The notes beneath the pieces were generated by a model. The model was not told the origin of the DNA, made no database searches, and worked only from the letters and a program-made list of their open reading frames with translations. DNA of 64,000 nucleotides from Monocercomonoides exilis PA203 (lineage: Eukaryota > Protista > Preaxostyla): positions 248,001 through 312,000 of the forward strand of contig LSRY02000042.1 in the NCBI GenBank assembly GCA_001643675.2, written 5' to 3'. Made by a program: the position numbers and the translations under genes. Below are positions 36,591-50,289 of the stretch, piece after piece (positions within the stretch are counted from its first letter, which is position 1; every line of letters begins with the position of its first letter).

Positions 36591-38289
36591 AATAGAGAAA
36601 GATTTGAAGAAAAGATGATTTTTCTGGAAATTAATGAAGAAATTGATAGAAATTGAAAGATTCCATAAAAAGAAGAAAAGAAAAGAAGAAAAGAAAAGAA
36701 GAAAAGAAAAGAAGAAAAGAAAAGAAAAATGTAAGAAGTATTGAATTTATATTGAAAAAAGTCACAAATCAGAAGAAATTTCATTTGAAGAACAAAAACA
36801 AGAATAAACACACACAAAAAAAAATCGATTATTGTTATTATTATCTTATCACACTATCTTTCTTATCTTATCTTATCTTATCTTATCATAATTTTATTTC
36901 TAATTTTTATTTAAACATTTTCTTTCTGAGAAAACGTGATGCTTCTCCTATTTGATTATTTTCTTGTTTTCAAAAGAAAACATCAACTTCTTCTTCTTCT
37001 TCTTCTTCTTCTTTTCTTCCATTTTTTTTACCTGAATGATTTTTCTCATTGAAATATCAACTGATTTTCTTTGAGGAATCTCTTCATTATGCTTGCATTG
37101 AAACGAATAATTTTTTTTAAGTTTTAATTTCTTATTCTTTTTCTTCTCTCTTCATACTTTTTTAAACTAATTAGCACCTATATGCTTCTATTTTTTTAAT
37201 GAAAGTTGAGAATTATTTTCTCAATTAATTTGTTTGAAATTGCCTTTTTTTTTCAAAAAAAGGAATTAATCCATTGAATGACTTTCTTAATTATCCTTCT
37301 GTGTAATTCATCTATTTCTTTCTGTTTTATGTTTTTTGGTTTTTTCTTTTCTTTTGTTTTCTTTTGTTTTCTTTTTGAAATTCATTGAATTTTTTTTAAA
37401 AAAAAAAAAGAAAATAACAAAGGTTATTTTTCTTTCTTTTTTTTTTTTTTTCACTTCGTTCAATTAAAGAAAAATTTTCTTTGATTGTTGAATGAGTTGT
37501 GAAGCAATTTTCTTGAAGATAATTGGAAAATAGAGATGGTTATTGTGTTGTTTTTCATTGCCTTCGTTCAATGATATATTATCTTGTTTGTATTTTGTAG
37601 TCATTCTTTCGTTTTGAAGTATCTTTGAAGAGATTCTTTGAAGTACTTTTTGAAAAAATTCATTAAAGAATAATTTTTTATTTTATTGTTTCCAATTGAA
37701 AGTGAATAAAAAATGGAACAGAATTAAAACAAAAAGAGTTAGATTTTTCTTTTTCTTGTGAAAAGCGCTTATTTTATGATATTTAATTTAGAAATAATCA
37801 AATATATTCCCCGCTTCCTCCTGATTCTCCCAATAAAAAAACTCTTTCTCTCATTCTTTGTTCCATTTCTTTGGATCCTTTAGATGCACCTCCCCTTCTC
37901 CTTCTGAATGAAATCTGTTGTTTGTCTCATCCAAAATAGCATTTCCACTGCTCTTTTGTGAAATTCCTTTGACTGTTTCTTTCATCATCTTTGTGTTATT
38001 CATTCTTTTTATCCTCATTTCTTTCTCTTTCTTCTTCTTCTTCTTCTCCAATTTCTTTCTTTCTCTGCTCATCAAAAGCGAACACAAAGCTCCTTTTCCA
38101 ATTTTTCGAATGAAATTCTTCAGTTTTTTAATTCAGCTTATCAAAATGTCATATTTCTTTCCTCTTCTCTTCTGCTTCCATTTGAAGAATTAAAAGATAG
38201 TATAATTAGAAGGAGAAAAACACTGATGATAATTCTTCCTTCTCATTGAATGAAGGAGAAGAAGTTGTTGAAGAAGAAGAAAATGATAA

Positions 38290-38680
38290 TGACCAAGAAG
38301 GAAAAAATATATAATTTCATTTGTCGAAGAGGTGCATTTGAAAATAATGTCGGAGGAGAATTCGATGAAGGAAATGAAGCAGATGAAGGGGATGAAGAAG
38401 AAGATGAAGAAAACGATGAGGCTGAAGGTGTAGAAGATAATGGCCAAGAAGATAAAGAAGAATATGATAATGGACAAGAAGGATAAAATTTATGTAATTT
38501 CATTTGTCAAGGAGATGCATATGAAAACAATGACGGCGAAGAATTCGATGAAAGAAATGAAGGGGAAGAAGAAGAAGAAGAAGATGGAGATGGAATTGGA
38601 GATGAAGATAATGACAGCGGTGATGGCAATGATAGAGATAAAGACGATAAAGATGGTGAACGCGATGTTATTGTCAAGTT
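38290..38680 (+). repeat. Two diverged ~185-bp tandem units encoding an acidic NFIC..GA(F/Y)ENN.G.EFDE.NE repeat (degraded)
   Basis: TAATTTCATTTGTCGAAGAGGTGCATTTGAAAATAATG (~38312) vs TAATTTCATTTGTCAAGGAGATGCATATGAAAACAATG (~38495). Confidence 0.55.
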
Positions 38681-39774
38681 TGAATACTACATATTTTCTA
38701 TCGAACATGACCTCAACATCACAGCCTCGTTCTCTGCTTCAATGGATAACCCTTTGATGACGTAATGGCAAAGGTAATAGAAAAATGACTCAAATCAATT
38801 TTGTCTGTTATCCACTCCAAGCTGCTTGTATCACACCGAACTGACAGATTTTCTCGTATTTACGGCTCTCAAGCCAAGCAATCAAATCCAGTTCCATCGC
38901 TCCCCCCGGTCCGTAAAAGCAATTTCTTGCCATTCTCACCCCAAGAAAGGCACATTGTTCCGTCCCAACTGTCTCCAATCTCCTGTTTCAGTCATTTGCC
39001 ACAATCTCCCCAACAAATTTTTTTGAAAATGTCCCTGCCATCTTCAAAGGGTGCTTTTTTTTCATAGAGATCGACTATTCTTCCTTTTTAGCTTTGAACG
39101 TCTTCCAACTCCGTTGATTTCTGCTCCATAAAAATTCATTTTTCATAGAATTTCTATTCATCGCGCATGTTGAGTCCATAATAAGTTGCATAAACATTTA
39201 TAATAAAATACATTCATGCTCTAATATATTTGTAAGATAACATTTGTGTCATTGCTTCCTCTCTGTTCTGCTCTGCAAACAATAAATTAATTTTAAATAT
39301 TGGGTGATTTATAAACCAGAACTTTTTTTTTATTTTGGTTCGAAATAAAAAAAATTTTTTTTCAAGCAATCATATTTTGATAACAAAAATTGAAATGATT
39401 AATAATATATATAATCAACAAGTTCTCTCTTCATAATTTTTTTGGAATTTTTATGATTTGATTCATCGTCCAAAACATCATCATTCAAAATGTCTGATTT
39501 GCGAAATTTTGGCAAGTTCCAAGTATATGGACCATCGATTAAAAAATTTTCATTTATTTGTATCGAAAGAAAATGTTATATTAATTAATTTAAAATTAGT
39601 TATGGCTGTCGAAAATGCATTGTTAATACATTTCATTTTTTCATTTGATCTGTCCCATAACATTTTCTTTTTTAACAGGTTTGAAAAATTGGTTTATTGT
39701 TCGAAATTAACACTCTTCGAATTTTTGTGTTATTTGTTTCGAATTAAAAACGATAATCCTTTTTATAGCTTAAA

Positions 39775-40215
39775 TTGTTGAATGTTGAATCCGCTCTGCA
39801 AGTTAACAGCATTGTTCATTTGTATTGGGCATCAATGGATAATCACAGAGAAATCAAGAAGAAATGTATTTATGCATTGAGAAACGCAGCAGAAAGGAGA
39901 GATCTGAAAGTTGAAAACTTGTTGAAAAGTGGTGCTATTGATGCTGTTTGGGAGGAGATACATAAGCCAACGTTGAAGGACAAAATTGCACAAGTGCGCA
40001 CGTAATTTTTGATGCTCGTTTCAAGAAGATTGAAAGGAAAGAAGAGAGATGAAATGGAAGAAGTGAAAAGAAAGACATCCAAAAAAAAGTCTTGTGATGG
40101 ATGGAAGAATAAAAGAACGAAGATTGCATCATCGGGTTGTGACATTACATTGGTCGAGAAATATTTGGAAATTCTAATTTGATAAAGAATTATTCAGATT
40201 TTTTTTCTATGTTTC
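39775..40215 (+). pseudogene. Alpha-helical family copy 3: 5'-truncated exon-3 fragment
   Basis: SIVHLYWASMDNHREIKKKCIYALRNAAERRDLKVENLLKSGAIDAVWEEIHKPTL followed by stops and frameshifts. Confidence 0.7.
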
Positions 40216-40649
40216 CAATTTTAAAAAATATATGTTCACTCCATCTTTTGATATTTCCATTTTGTTACTATTCGTGTTGAAGGCATGTTCACTCGAGAAA
40301 TAAAAGAACTGTGGTTTGCAAAATAGATGAAAGTGTTTTCTCAAAAAATATCAAGAATTATTATGAAAAATGAACATTTGAAATAAATGAATCTTTTAAA
40401 AAATAAGAAACAAAAAAAAAATCGATAAAGAAAGAATCAATCCTATCGTAATTTTTTGTTTTATGGAGAAAAGAAAAATTAACCGCTTCTAAAAAACAAT
40501 CAAATAAAAGAAAAACTCATTCAATTCAAAAAAATTCTGGGCTTTCAAAACTGAAATTTATTAAGGAAAATAATGGAGTATAAAAATCGCTGGTTTGTTA
40601 TTTCATACTTCAGATATGTGAGTAACAAAGTGAAATTCCTCTTTCTTCT

Positions 40650-41960
40650 TCAGATATTCACAGAAAAATCGGAAATGTTCAACGATAAACCACAATCATA
40701 ATTTCTTTTAAAAATCTCTAAAGCTTCATGAAAGCTTGTGATTTCATCTTCGTATCCTTCTTCTTCCATCTTTTCAATGATCTTTGAAAATACCTTTCTT
40801 TTCGCTTCTTCCTTTTCAACATCGCCCTTTTTCTTCAATCGAATCAAAACATTCATTAAGAATTGCGCGTTTACATTTACCGCATGGTAATTCAATGTTG
40901 GCCTCTGAATCTCCTCCAAAACAGCTTAAACTGCTCCTCCTTTCAACAAGTCTTCAACTTTCACAACTCTATTTTCCACCGCATTTCTCAAGGGATAAGT
41001 GCACCAATCGCTAATTCCTCTGTGATTATCCCCTTTTGCTGCTCGAAATAACTGAACAATGCTATTGATTAGCCCTTCATTTTCTTAATTCTCTAATTTG
41101 CATCTGAGGAAATAAATTGCACATGTTTGTATCCATCTCCGAATTATTAGCACTTCTTTCGCTTCTTCTCTTCTATCTTCTTTTTCTTTCATCCAATTCA
41201 CATTTCTTGTTACCTTTTCCAGTTCTCTTGCTGCTTCTCCGACAAAATGCAGTTCATTCACAATTGTATCTTCCAAATTTCTATCTTTGATAAATCTTTT
41301 AATTAAATAATTCCAAGCAGACTGATAGGCAAGTTTTGAAAGATTTCTGTGTTTCTGCTGATATTCGATGATTTCGGTTATCTCATTTAAAAACAGCTCT
41401 TTTTTCATTTTCTGATAAAAAAACAAGAAAGAACAAAAAAATAAAATAAAAATAAACATACTTCAAATACAATGTTGCTCAAAGCCAGTAAAGCCACTTC
41501 CACTTCCAATTAAACTTTATCGCTTTCTTCTTTCTTCAAGGCAGCATTCAGAAGGCATGGCAAACAAATTGAAAGCAAAATTGAAAGATTAGTTAAGCAA
41601 ATAAAAACAAAACATTCTCAAAGATCAACAAGCAAACTTTCTTCATTTTCTTCATTTTTCTTTTCTTCATCAGCAATTATCTGTTTGAATCTTCTGCTCA
41701 GTGAAGTTTTTTGAAAAGAAAGGATTCCAAACATTTTTCAGCACTTTGCAACATCCGACTCGCTTCAGCTGCAAAATTACATTCTCCATTGACATTTTCT
41801 TTTCTTCAATCATTTTTTCTATTTCATTGAATGTTTCTTCGTTGCAAATTGATTCGAATTCTTCTTCATTCATTCCATCAACTATTTCATTCATTTCTTC
41901 TATTTTCTGTTTCTGTTCCGCTTCAGTGAATTGTTCCATCTGTGAAAGTTTCTCTAAAAA
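40650..41960 (-). pseudogene. Alpha-helical family copy 4 (frameshifts/stops; exon 1 not recognised)
   Basis: EQKQKIEEMNEIVDGM, ELFLNEITEIIEYQQKHRNLSKLAYQSAW, MEEEGYEDEITSFHE; GT intron 2 at the shared position. Confidence 0.75.
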
Positions 41961-43099
41961 AGGTGAAAAATCAAAAGAGAAAAAAGAAGCACTTATTTAA
42001 TAAGCCACTATTTCTTATAACATTTTGCAAACCAAAAAATATTTGCTTTTTTGAAGGTGACTGTGAAATCGCAAAATGTTTTCAAAACAACATATAAATT
42101 CGTTTTCGAAATATTCGTTGAATATTCGGATTAAAAGAATTAAAAACACAAAATCAAAATTTTTTTTAATAACACAGGATTCAAAACCTCTTTGTCCATC
42201 AATGTCTTTTGCCTTCAAACAATTAAATCTTTGAACCAAAATAGTCTTCTTTTTGAGCAAATAAATAAGGGTGACCAACCATAAATTTTGAGGTTAAGAT
42301 TTTTGATTGATGATTTACAGCGGCCAGAGCATGTTTGAGCTGCTAAGATGCACAGCCACAGATGCATCCATGCGAGTTATGGAACTGCAGAAGAACAGGG
42401 ATTTTGCTTGCAGATGGAGGAGCAGGTGGCTGTTTTGCAATATTGCTTGCGAAAAAGAAATTGATGAGGGAAATTACATGAAATATGAACTAGGTTATAT
42501 ATTACATACCATATGGTGCAATATCTGCTGTTATATTTTGATGAGTAATAATTCAAGCATGATGCAGAAAAAGCGAGTTGAATTTCAGAAAGATTGAATT
42601 GAACCGCTTTGTCATTTCAGGGAAATGCTGTGTACTTGGCATATCATTTGAGCATGACTTGCTTTATATGGTTTTTGGGTCGAAGATTTGTTTTGTGGAA
42701 AAGGAAAGGGAATTGAAGGGTTGGACAATGGAGGAAGCGAACAGAACGAAGCACTCAGCTGGTATTAACTACAATCTCATTTGCATTTTGAACGAAGCAA
42801 GTTGGAAAGCCATCAGCAAAGACATGTCGTTGAATAAGTCTTTGAAAAGGAGTGGATTTCTTGTTAATTTGGAGAATGTGTATTCTCATCTGATATCATA
42901 GCCAACTTCACAATGGATTCTAAGAACAAGAAAGCCAGTTGGGTTAATAATTACCAATCCATTTAGGATGGAAAAATTTTAAAAGTCAAAAAGATTGTTT
43001 GACTTTTTTTATTTCATTCATTTTTCTTTAATGACGCTCTTTTAGTGAATACAGATTGGTCACGAACAGGAATGATATGGAAAGAACCGTTCTTAACAT

Positions 43100-43990
43100 T
43101 TCGCAAAAAATTCATAAGTTTAGTGATTTTTCTTGTTTGGATTGCATTCAACGATGACAATTGTCCTTTTGCCATCTGCCTTGCATGCTGCATAGCCTGA
43201 CAATGCTTGACATGAGCTTGAAAAAGAAAAAAAGCAGATTGTTTGGGATATTTGTTCGGAATGTTTGGTAGAAGCGAATCTTTTGTGGGATGTGATGAGC
43301 TTGTTAAACATTGTCCTTCAACAATGCCATCAGCATCGTCTCATCAATCAACTCCTCAAATAATGCCTTCTTCAGCTTCACAATCTGCATCTCAGTTTTG
43401 TTCAAAAAACACTTCGTCATAACCTGATCTTCAACATTAATCAGTAGTACTTGTAACCCCACTGAATCTGATGAAATGATAACTTCTTATTCTTCTTCTT
43501 CTTCTTCTTCTTCTTTATCTGCCTCAATTGCAGCAGCCAACCCTTCTCTTGCCATTGCTGATGCTCTTTCTTCGACTCTCACGTCACTCCAAAAAACACT
43601 CGCCAGCGGTACTCTTCCTCCTCTCGTCGCCACCTCCCTCACTTCAACTTCAACTTCAAATTGTTCATCCTCCTCTTCCTTTTCTTCCTCTTCCTCTTCC
43701 TCTTCCTCTTCCTTTTCTCCTTCCCCTTCTTCTCCTTCTTCTTCTCTTTCTTTTCCTTCCACTTCCTCTTCTCCTTCTTCTTCTTCTTCTCCTTCTCCTT
43801 CTCCTTCTCCTTCTCCTTCTCCTCCTCCTTCTTCTTTTCCTTCCTCTTCTTCTCCTCCTCCTTCCACTTCTTCTTCTCCCTCTTCTTCATCTTCTCCCTC
43901 ATTTTCCTCTTTTTCCTTCTTTTCATCTTTTTCCTCTTCATATTCCACTTCCTCCTCTTCTTCAATTTTCAAAGGAGATGACAGCATTCT
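43100..43990 (+). pseudogene. Ser/Pro-rich host gene fragment inside the Merlin element
   Basis: SLSASIAAANPSLAIADALSSTLTSLQKTLASGTLPPLVATSL plus poly-Ser; stops upstream. Confidence 0.35.
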
Positions 43991-44149
43991 CCAGAAGAAA
44001 ATATTACATCACCATCCTTTTTTTAAAACATTTTTCTTTTCAATTTTTGAATTTCAAATCATTCATCCCACCTTTTTCAAGTCATTTCTTTTGTGTCATC
44101 TCTTCAATGTTAAAAAAATGATAAAACTTCAAATTATTTAATCAAATGT

Positions 44150-45042
44150 TTAATGGATGATGTGTTTCAAAAACAAATAAGAAAAAGAAACGCAAAAATC
44201 CCAAAATCTGTGTTGAGTGATTGTTTTGTATGAAAATGAGGATAAATATGAAGAGATGTCTTTGTCTTGTATTCCTGTGCAAGGCAGAAAACGTCGAAGA
44301 CGACTCCAATATGCTTCAATTGCGTTGGTGCAACAGTTTGTTTTTTTATCCTTAAAACATTTTTTGTGATTGACTGTCAAATGTTTAAATCCTTCTTTTT
44401 TAATTTTTCTGTATCCCCTCCATTCATCGCTCCTTACAGTAGTTCCTGCATGGAAATGCCTTCTTAACACTCCGGTCAAGCATATTGATGATCGATCGTC
44501 CACTTTTTTTAAAAATGATTTAGGATTTTTAATATTTGATTCAATTCCACACACCATCCAAATTTGTTTTTTTGTTTTCCTTTCCGATATTTTCTTCTTC
44601 GTAGTAACATTTCATCGACTTGAACAGTGTTATTATTTCCTCCAATTCTTCTGTTTTTTCCTTTAATCATTTCATGTGCTTCCATGCGAAATTGATTAAA
44701 AAGAATGCAAATAGTGTTGCAGCTTACTCCAGTCAAAATGGATGTGAGCTTCACATCGACATTAATCCACGATAGCAGCATGATTTTCATAAAAGTCGAA
44801 ATCAATAATTTCGAATTAGAAAATATTGAATTATGTCTAATCGATTAGAATTCACATTTGCACTTGCATTTAACAATGTTTTTCGAACAATAAATGATTC
44901 TTGGTGTCTTTTTGCATTTTGTCCACATATTTGCTCCTGGTAATAATCTGTGCAATAACAGCAATTCAATTGTTTGATTTTCGTTTGAAAAGGATTTCAT
45001 CAGTGTTGAAATATCCTTTTTCGAATCACAAAAAATTGGCAT
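44150..45042 (-). pseudogene. Merlin/ISXO2-like DDE transposase (one TAA at 44845, one homopolymer frameshift at ~44570)
   Basis: RIGGNNNTVQVDEMLLRRRKYRKG, WMVCGIE, GTTVRSDEWRGY, FKHLTVNHK, TNAIEAYWSRLRR: the D-D-E motifs of IS1595/Merlin. Confidence 0.9.
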
Positions 45043-45277
45043 ATAACTAAAATCAAATGGTTTTTGACAAAATCCTCACAAATAACGAAATAACAAATTT
45101 TTCAAACCTGTATAAAACAAGAAAATGTTATGGAATTGATCTGAAGAAAAATGGAAAATTGCTAAAAACACTTTTTCGACAAATAAAACTAATTTTAAAT
45201 AAATTAGTATTCCATTTTGTTTCGTTAGAAATATATAAAAAATTTTTTATCGATGGTCCATATACTTGGAACTTGCC

Positions 45278-46311
45278 TTGTTATCAGCAAATTTCTGCCA
45301 TATGTCAGGCTGAGCCCGAGAAGAATGAGAATCCAGAAGCAGAAGACATTTCTCATTGATTTTCATTAATATTTTCCTTCTTTCGATGATTCCAGTTAAT
45401 AAAACCTCTTCTGTGTATCTTTGAAATATGCTTTGTGTCATCCATCCATCGTTGTTATCCCAAACATCAATGAATGCGCTCAGAAGAACTCGCATTTCCT
45501 TTGGTAATTTGTGGCATGGCCACAATACAACGCTTTTGAGAGAATATCCATCTGCAGCAGGTGGGTCAACAAAAGTGGCATTTGGCATGTTTGTGGGTGT
45601 TGTATGAAATCCAGCTGGAACTCCTGTGGGGTGAATCACAAGAGTTTTGAAGGAATCAGATATGTGGAGTGAAGATTTATCTGTGTTCAAGATCAAAGAA
45701 GGTGAATAATGATGTGATTTGTGAAGATTATGAAGAAGCTCGTGGAAAGGAAGAAGAGCTTGTTAGTTGGATACCGAAAGACGTTGGATATCCACATTTC
45801 TTGGCATGGAGGTTTTGAGCTCTGAATTCCTTTTTGCAAATAGATATGTATATGCTTTGGACACACTGGTGTTTTCATTGTTTTCTTGTTCTGAATGTTT
45901 TTTTTGTCGGAAAGGATGGATTCTATCTTTTAACTGTTGTTATTAAAAACAAATGAATAATGAAGATAAAAACAAATTTATTTTCTTGTTCCATTTTAAA
46001 AAAACTTGTTCAGGATAAGCATTCAATTTTAATTACTCCAACAATAATGTTTTTGTCCTCTTCATTGAATAGTTCTGGCCTGCCAGGTTTTGCAACTATA
46101 TAATGAAGCTTTCAATTGCTGAAACTGCTCTAATTATTGCTGAACGAGAGAACTCTTTGGTATTTATTGCATCAACGATTCTGACATGTCCATCAACAAC
46201 AATATGTGCCATGCGTTCTAATCGATTTTCAATTCTTCGATATTCAAATGACATCATTTTTTCTCGAAGAATTAACTGTCCACGTCCTCTTTTGGTTTTC
46301 ACATCACTCAT
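45278..46311 (-). pseudogene. pogo/Tigger-like DDE_1 transposase, truncated at the Merlin TIR
   Basis: N-terminal HTH-like FSRSAIIRAV..KPGRP, then PSLILNTDKS, GWMTQSIFQRY, CLLLLDSHSSR. The homologous reading ends at the Merlin end (45277), before the third catalytic Asp region. Confidence 0.8.
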
Positions 46312-46863
46312 TGAAAAAATATTGCAGTAATGATCTTTTTTTATTTTTTTTAAAAAATTTTTTTTTGAAATGGAAAAAAATCAAAAAAATATTTTCGATT
46401 AAATTCAAACTTTGACATCCCCATTGCTATTACCTAATCTCCTCAGGGGAGTCACTAATCAGAGATGGAGGAGCTGACTCTCACATCTCCTCCCCATCAG
46501 AGAATAGGTGCAGTAATTTAATCCAGAATTTCAGTCATTGATTTTTCCTTATATACTGAAAACTAAACCTTTGCGACATACCGACAAAATCCATTATCTT
46601 CGACATCTCGACAGACATTAGAATTAAAAAATCCAGTTAAAATTTCAAATTTGTTATTAACCATTGAAAAATGAAATAACGATTATTTTGAAAAATTTTG
46701 CGAATCAAAAGTTAATATCCAAATTGATTTAGCAATCAAAAGATTTTTGATTGGGATAATTTTTTAAAAAAATATTAAACTGTAATGGTTTTCGACTGAT
46801 CGGGTTCATGGGGAATATTTTGTGTCGAAGATCATCATGTCGTTTGAAGCAAATAAGTCCATT

Positions 46864-49841
46864 ATGGATGAAAAATACAATGCGGTATACAAGCAGTTAC
46901 CAGCTGAACTGAAAAACAGTTTATCTTCTCCTTCAATTGTTTGTAACCTCAACTTCACTTAATTAATATCATTATTTCAAAATCTTATATTCAACTTAAA
47001 GATGGATGCGTTCAAAGCGAAAATCGATGAGTTGAATAAAAATGGATGTACTCTTGTATCGTTGGTTCCAGGGAGAACAACCATTTTTTGCCAGTGTTTG
47101 ATTTCACTGTTAGATTTTTCTCATCTTGATTTTGATAATATTTTTTATTTGCTTTCAGATTTTAAGCACACAAACAATTCTGGACAAGAGATTGGAAAAG
47201 TTCATTTTGAAGAAGCCAAAGGAAAACTGTGGATAGCATTCGTACCTGTTCTTGCGGATGGTTCTTTGAAAAAAGACGGTCATTATTACTATTTATGTCC
47301 AAATTGCAAATGTGGAATTAACTGTACGTTTTCTACAAGGAAAGGAACAAACCGAATTGATGATCATTATTGTTCACTCGTGCATTTCACAACGATAGTA
47401 CCATATTTAGAAAAAAAAGCCTTGCCAAAAGAATGCGATCCACGAAATATCCAATTGACATCTTATTTTCAGTTCAACAAATTTATTGAGATGTTTTTGC
47501 ATCTTGTTAGTCATTGCAACATTGCATTTTAATCGGCATATTCTAATGAGTTCAATGCGTTTATTACTGAAGTCATAAAAACATCTCAGTCTAATCCAAC
47601 TCTCCCTCACACATCAATATTTCCCATTCTTTCTGCAAGAAAACTTACGTCTTTGATCGAAAAAGAAACAAGGAAAAAGATTGAAGAAAGAAATGAAATT
47701 CTATCAAATTCTTCTGTTTCTGTGATGTTTGATGGAGGACTTGTGGCTGGAAAAAAATACATAGTTATTTCTGTTGTTGCATTACAAGCAAATGCACATC
47801 CTGTTTTTTGGGGACTTCGAAAACATTGCGCAACTTCAGAACAATACTGCGAGCTTGCAATGAATATTATGAAAGAGATGAAGGAAATAAAATCAGTGGT
47901 TAGATGTTTCTGTACTGACGGCTTAAAATCTCAGAAAATTGCGATTGAAAACATTCATGAATCATTGAAAACATATACAGCAGATTACGTTGATTATGAT
48001 ATTATTCCGTTCTTTGTTTACTGCAACAACCACTTGATAAACCTGATTGTAATGCACTTGTTTGACTCTAACAAATATCTGAAAGATTTGAAAGAAACCA
48101 TTGTCCTATTTTCAAAGAATTACAGAAAGCGTGCAACAAAGGATATATCGAAACCCAAGTGTCCAGTTTTTATCTCAACACGTTGGCTTTGTTTATATAA
48201 TATTTGTTTTTTTATTAGAAAAAACTCTGATTTAATTCTCGATTTTAATTTATTAGATAGATCAACAATAACAGATGTGATTAAATGCGAAGTTCTACTG
48301 TTCCCTCTTCAAACAATGCATCTCATTTTTGAGGATGATAAAACAAAGCTTGGTTCAGTATTTCAATGTATTTAACAAGCGTTTGCTCAGTACACATGGC
48401 TATCTGAACTTGAACTATTTAAAGATGAAAAGTGGAATCAGAACATAATACAATGCATGGTTTTGTTACACAATTATTTTTTTGAAGGAGCAAGAGGAAA
48501 TTTTCTTGCTTTTGCATTTTCATTAACGCCAGAAGGTTCGACTTTGTACAGATAAGGCATGTTCATGAAATCTTTCTCACAAAAATTGGAAATTTTGAAA
48601 AATCTACACTCATCAAAAAATACCATTTCCCACAACGAAATATCCTCCCGTGAAATTGAAAGCGCTGCATCATCATCATCGCAATCTGAACAAAACTCAG
48701 CAAAAACAATGCACTTCAATTCATTGACGTATTTGCCACCCTCACAAAAATCTATATTTTCATCGGAAAATATTTATCTTGCGACGAATCATTCATTGGA
48801 ATCATTCTCGAATTTTTCTGCCATTACAACAAGACATAAATATCAGCCAACTCACTTTCAAAGTGAAGCAACGGTTTTGACATCTTCGCAAATGTTAAAG
48901 AGGGATCAAATTCAAAATGTATCACCATTTAGCGTTAACGAATTACGATTGTCAATAAATAAATACAAAAAGGAAACACAACAAACAAATTCAATACCTC
49001 ACACAGTTACTTCTTTATTCACCAATCCTCTATTATCGACACAATTTTTAACACCATTTGGACCAAAATCATCAAATGATAATATCCTTTCTATTATCAT
49101 TAAATGTCTTGAGGAGAATTGTTCTTTGAATACATCATGTGAAGAAAAAGATGACGAAGAAATTTATAACGAGGATATTGAAGAAATTTTCGGACTTGTT
49201 GAAGCTGAACAAGAGTCAGAAAATGACGAGTTTGACGAAACAAGGCTATCCTCCAGTTTAGCATCCATTTCACCTTCGTTTTATCCCACTCGATTGGTAG
49301 ATGCATCTTCAAAGCTCAGCGAAACAAACGATACAAACAGAATGGATGTTGAAAACACAGAAATTGGATCAAGCTGTTCGGAAGAAATAGAGGAGGAGGA
49401 AGTGGAAGAAATAGGTTCAAGCGGAAAAATTGATGATTCTAATATTCAGATTACAGAAGAAAGAAAAAATGCTTGTCGCAAATATTGCAGGCAATTCAAA
49501 TGGATTGGTTTGCAAGAATAAAAAGCGGATTCGTATCATATGTGAAGAAAGTCTTGTTTAATCAAACAGATCAACTTCAGTCCGAATGCATAGCCTTGCT
49601 TTCTTATTTTCTGATTGATTATCATCCTTCGATTGTGCAGGACAATCCCTTTGTTTATTACTTCGAAATTGGAAAATACGGAACAGTGCCAAATATTTAT
49701 GCAAATATTTGTTACTCTCTAATCGTAGCTCCTGTAAGTGAATCCTCATGTGAACGTCTTTTATCTCGCCTGAAAAGAATCATTGGAGAAAGAAGATACT
49801 CTTTAAATCTGGACACACTGAATGCGTTGTTAATTTTGTGA
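46864..49841 (+). pseudogene. hAT transposase with BED-like zinc finger and C-terminal dimerisation domain; three in-frame TAA and one homopolymer frameshift
   Basis: YLCPNCK..RIDDHYCSLVH, SVMFDGG, FCTDG, YCNNHLINL, STRWLC, APVSESSCERLLSRLKRIIGERRYSL. TAA at 47530, 48373 and 48553 in one frame; frameshift ~49465; probable short introns at ~46939-47001 and ~47093-47158. Confidence 0.85.
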
Positions 49842-50289
49842 AACGTTGATGTTCATAATGTTATTTATCAATTACATTTTTTTCTAAGTTATTATTTTTT
49901 TATTCTAATTTTTGACACATTCACAGATAGTTACAGATAACAAATTCAAGTTGTTTCTCTTGACTTTTGTTGAAAGAGGAATAAAAACAATATAGGCAAA
50001 GTGAATAACTTCAGCGAGAGCAAGGAAAAAATAACAAATGAAGAAAAATGGGATGAATCTCTTTTCGAACATTTGATAATTACAACTTCTTAATTGACCG
50101 TGTTGCTGGTTGAATAGGTCTTTTAACGATAATGGATTGTAAGTTGAAATGTTATCAGTACAAGATAACGAAGCCTTGAACACTTTTGTGAGAAGCATTA
50201 AATGTTTTGTTCATCTGGACTCTTTGCTATGCCATATTAGTCTCCACTGCAGTCTTTTCTTGTGTTGCATCTTCTTTCTAATCAGTAGA

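Larger units (their letters stand above)
39511..45277 (-). mobile_element. Merlin-type element with long TIRs (29 bp perfect, ~185 bp imperfect), transposase at one end and ~4.4 kb of host sequence inside
   Basis: GGCAAGTTCCAAGTATATGGACCATCGAT at 39511-39539 and inverted at 45249-45277; similarity continues to CATAACATTTTCTT..ACAGGTTTGAAAA. 5'-GG ends are typical of Merlin. No TSD seen. Confidence 0.75.

Noticed and set aside
35942-36955. Long Phe/Ser/Leu- or Lys/Arg-rich ORFs
   Set aside because: Products of GAA/GAAA simple repeats and antisense to the surface-protein tail.
42268-43100. AGGGTGACCA hAT-like end and ORFs 42307-42901
   Set aside because: No convincing partner TIR or TSD; the ORFs have no recognisable motif.
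46415-46514. GC-richer patch as an ncRNA or the pogo TIR
   Set aside because: No recognisable RNA fold and no inverted partner found in the window.
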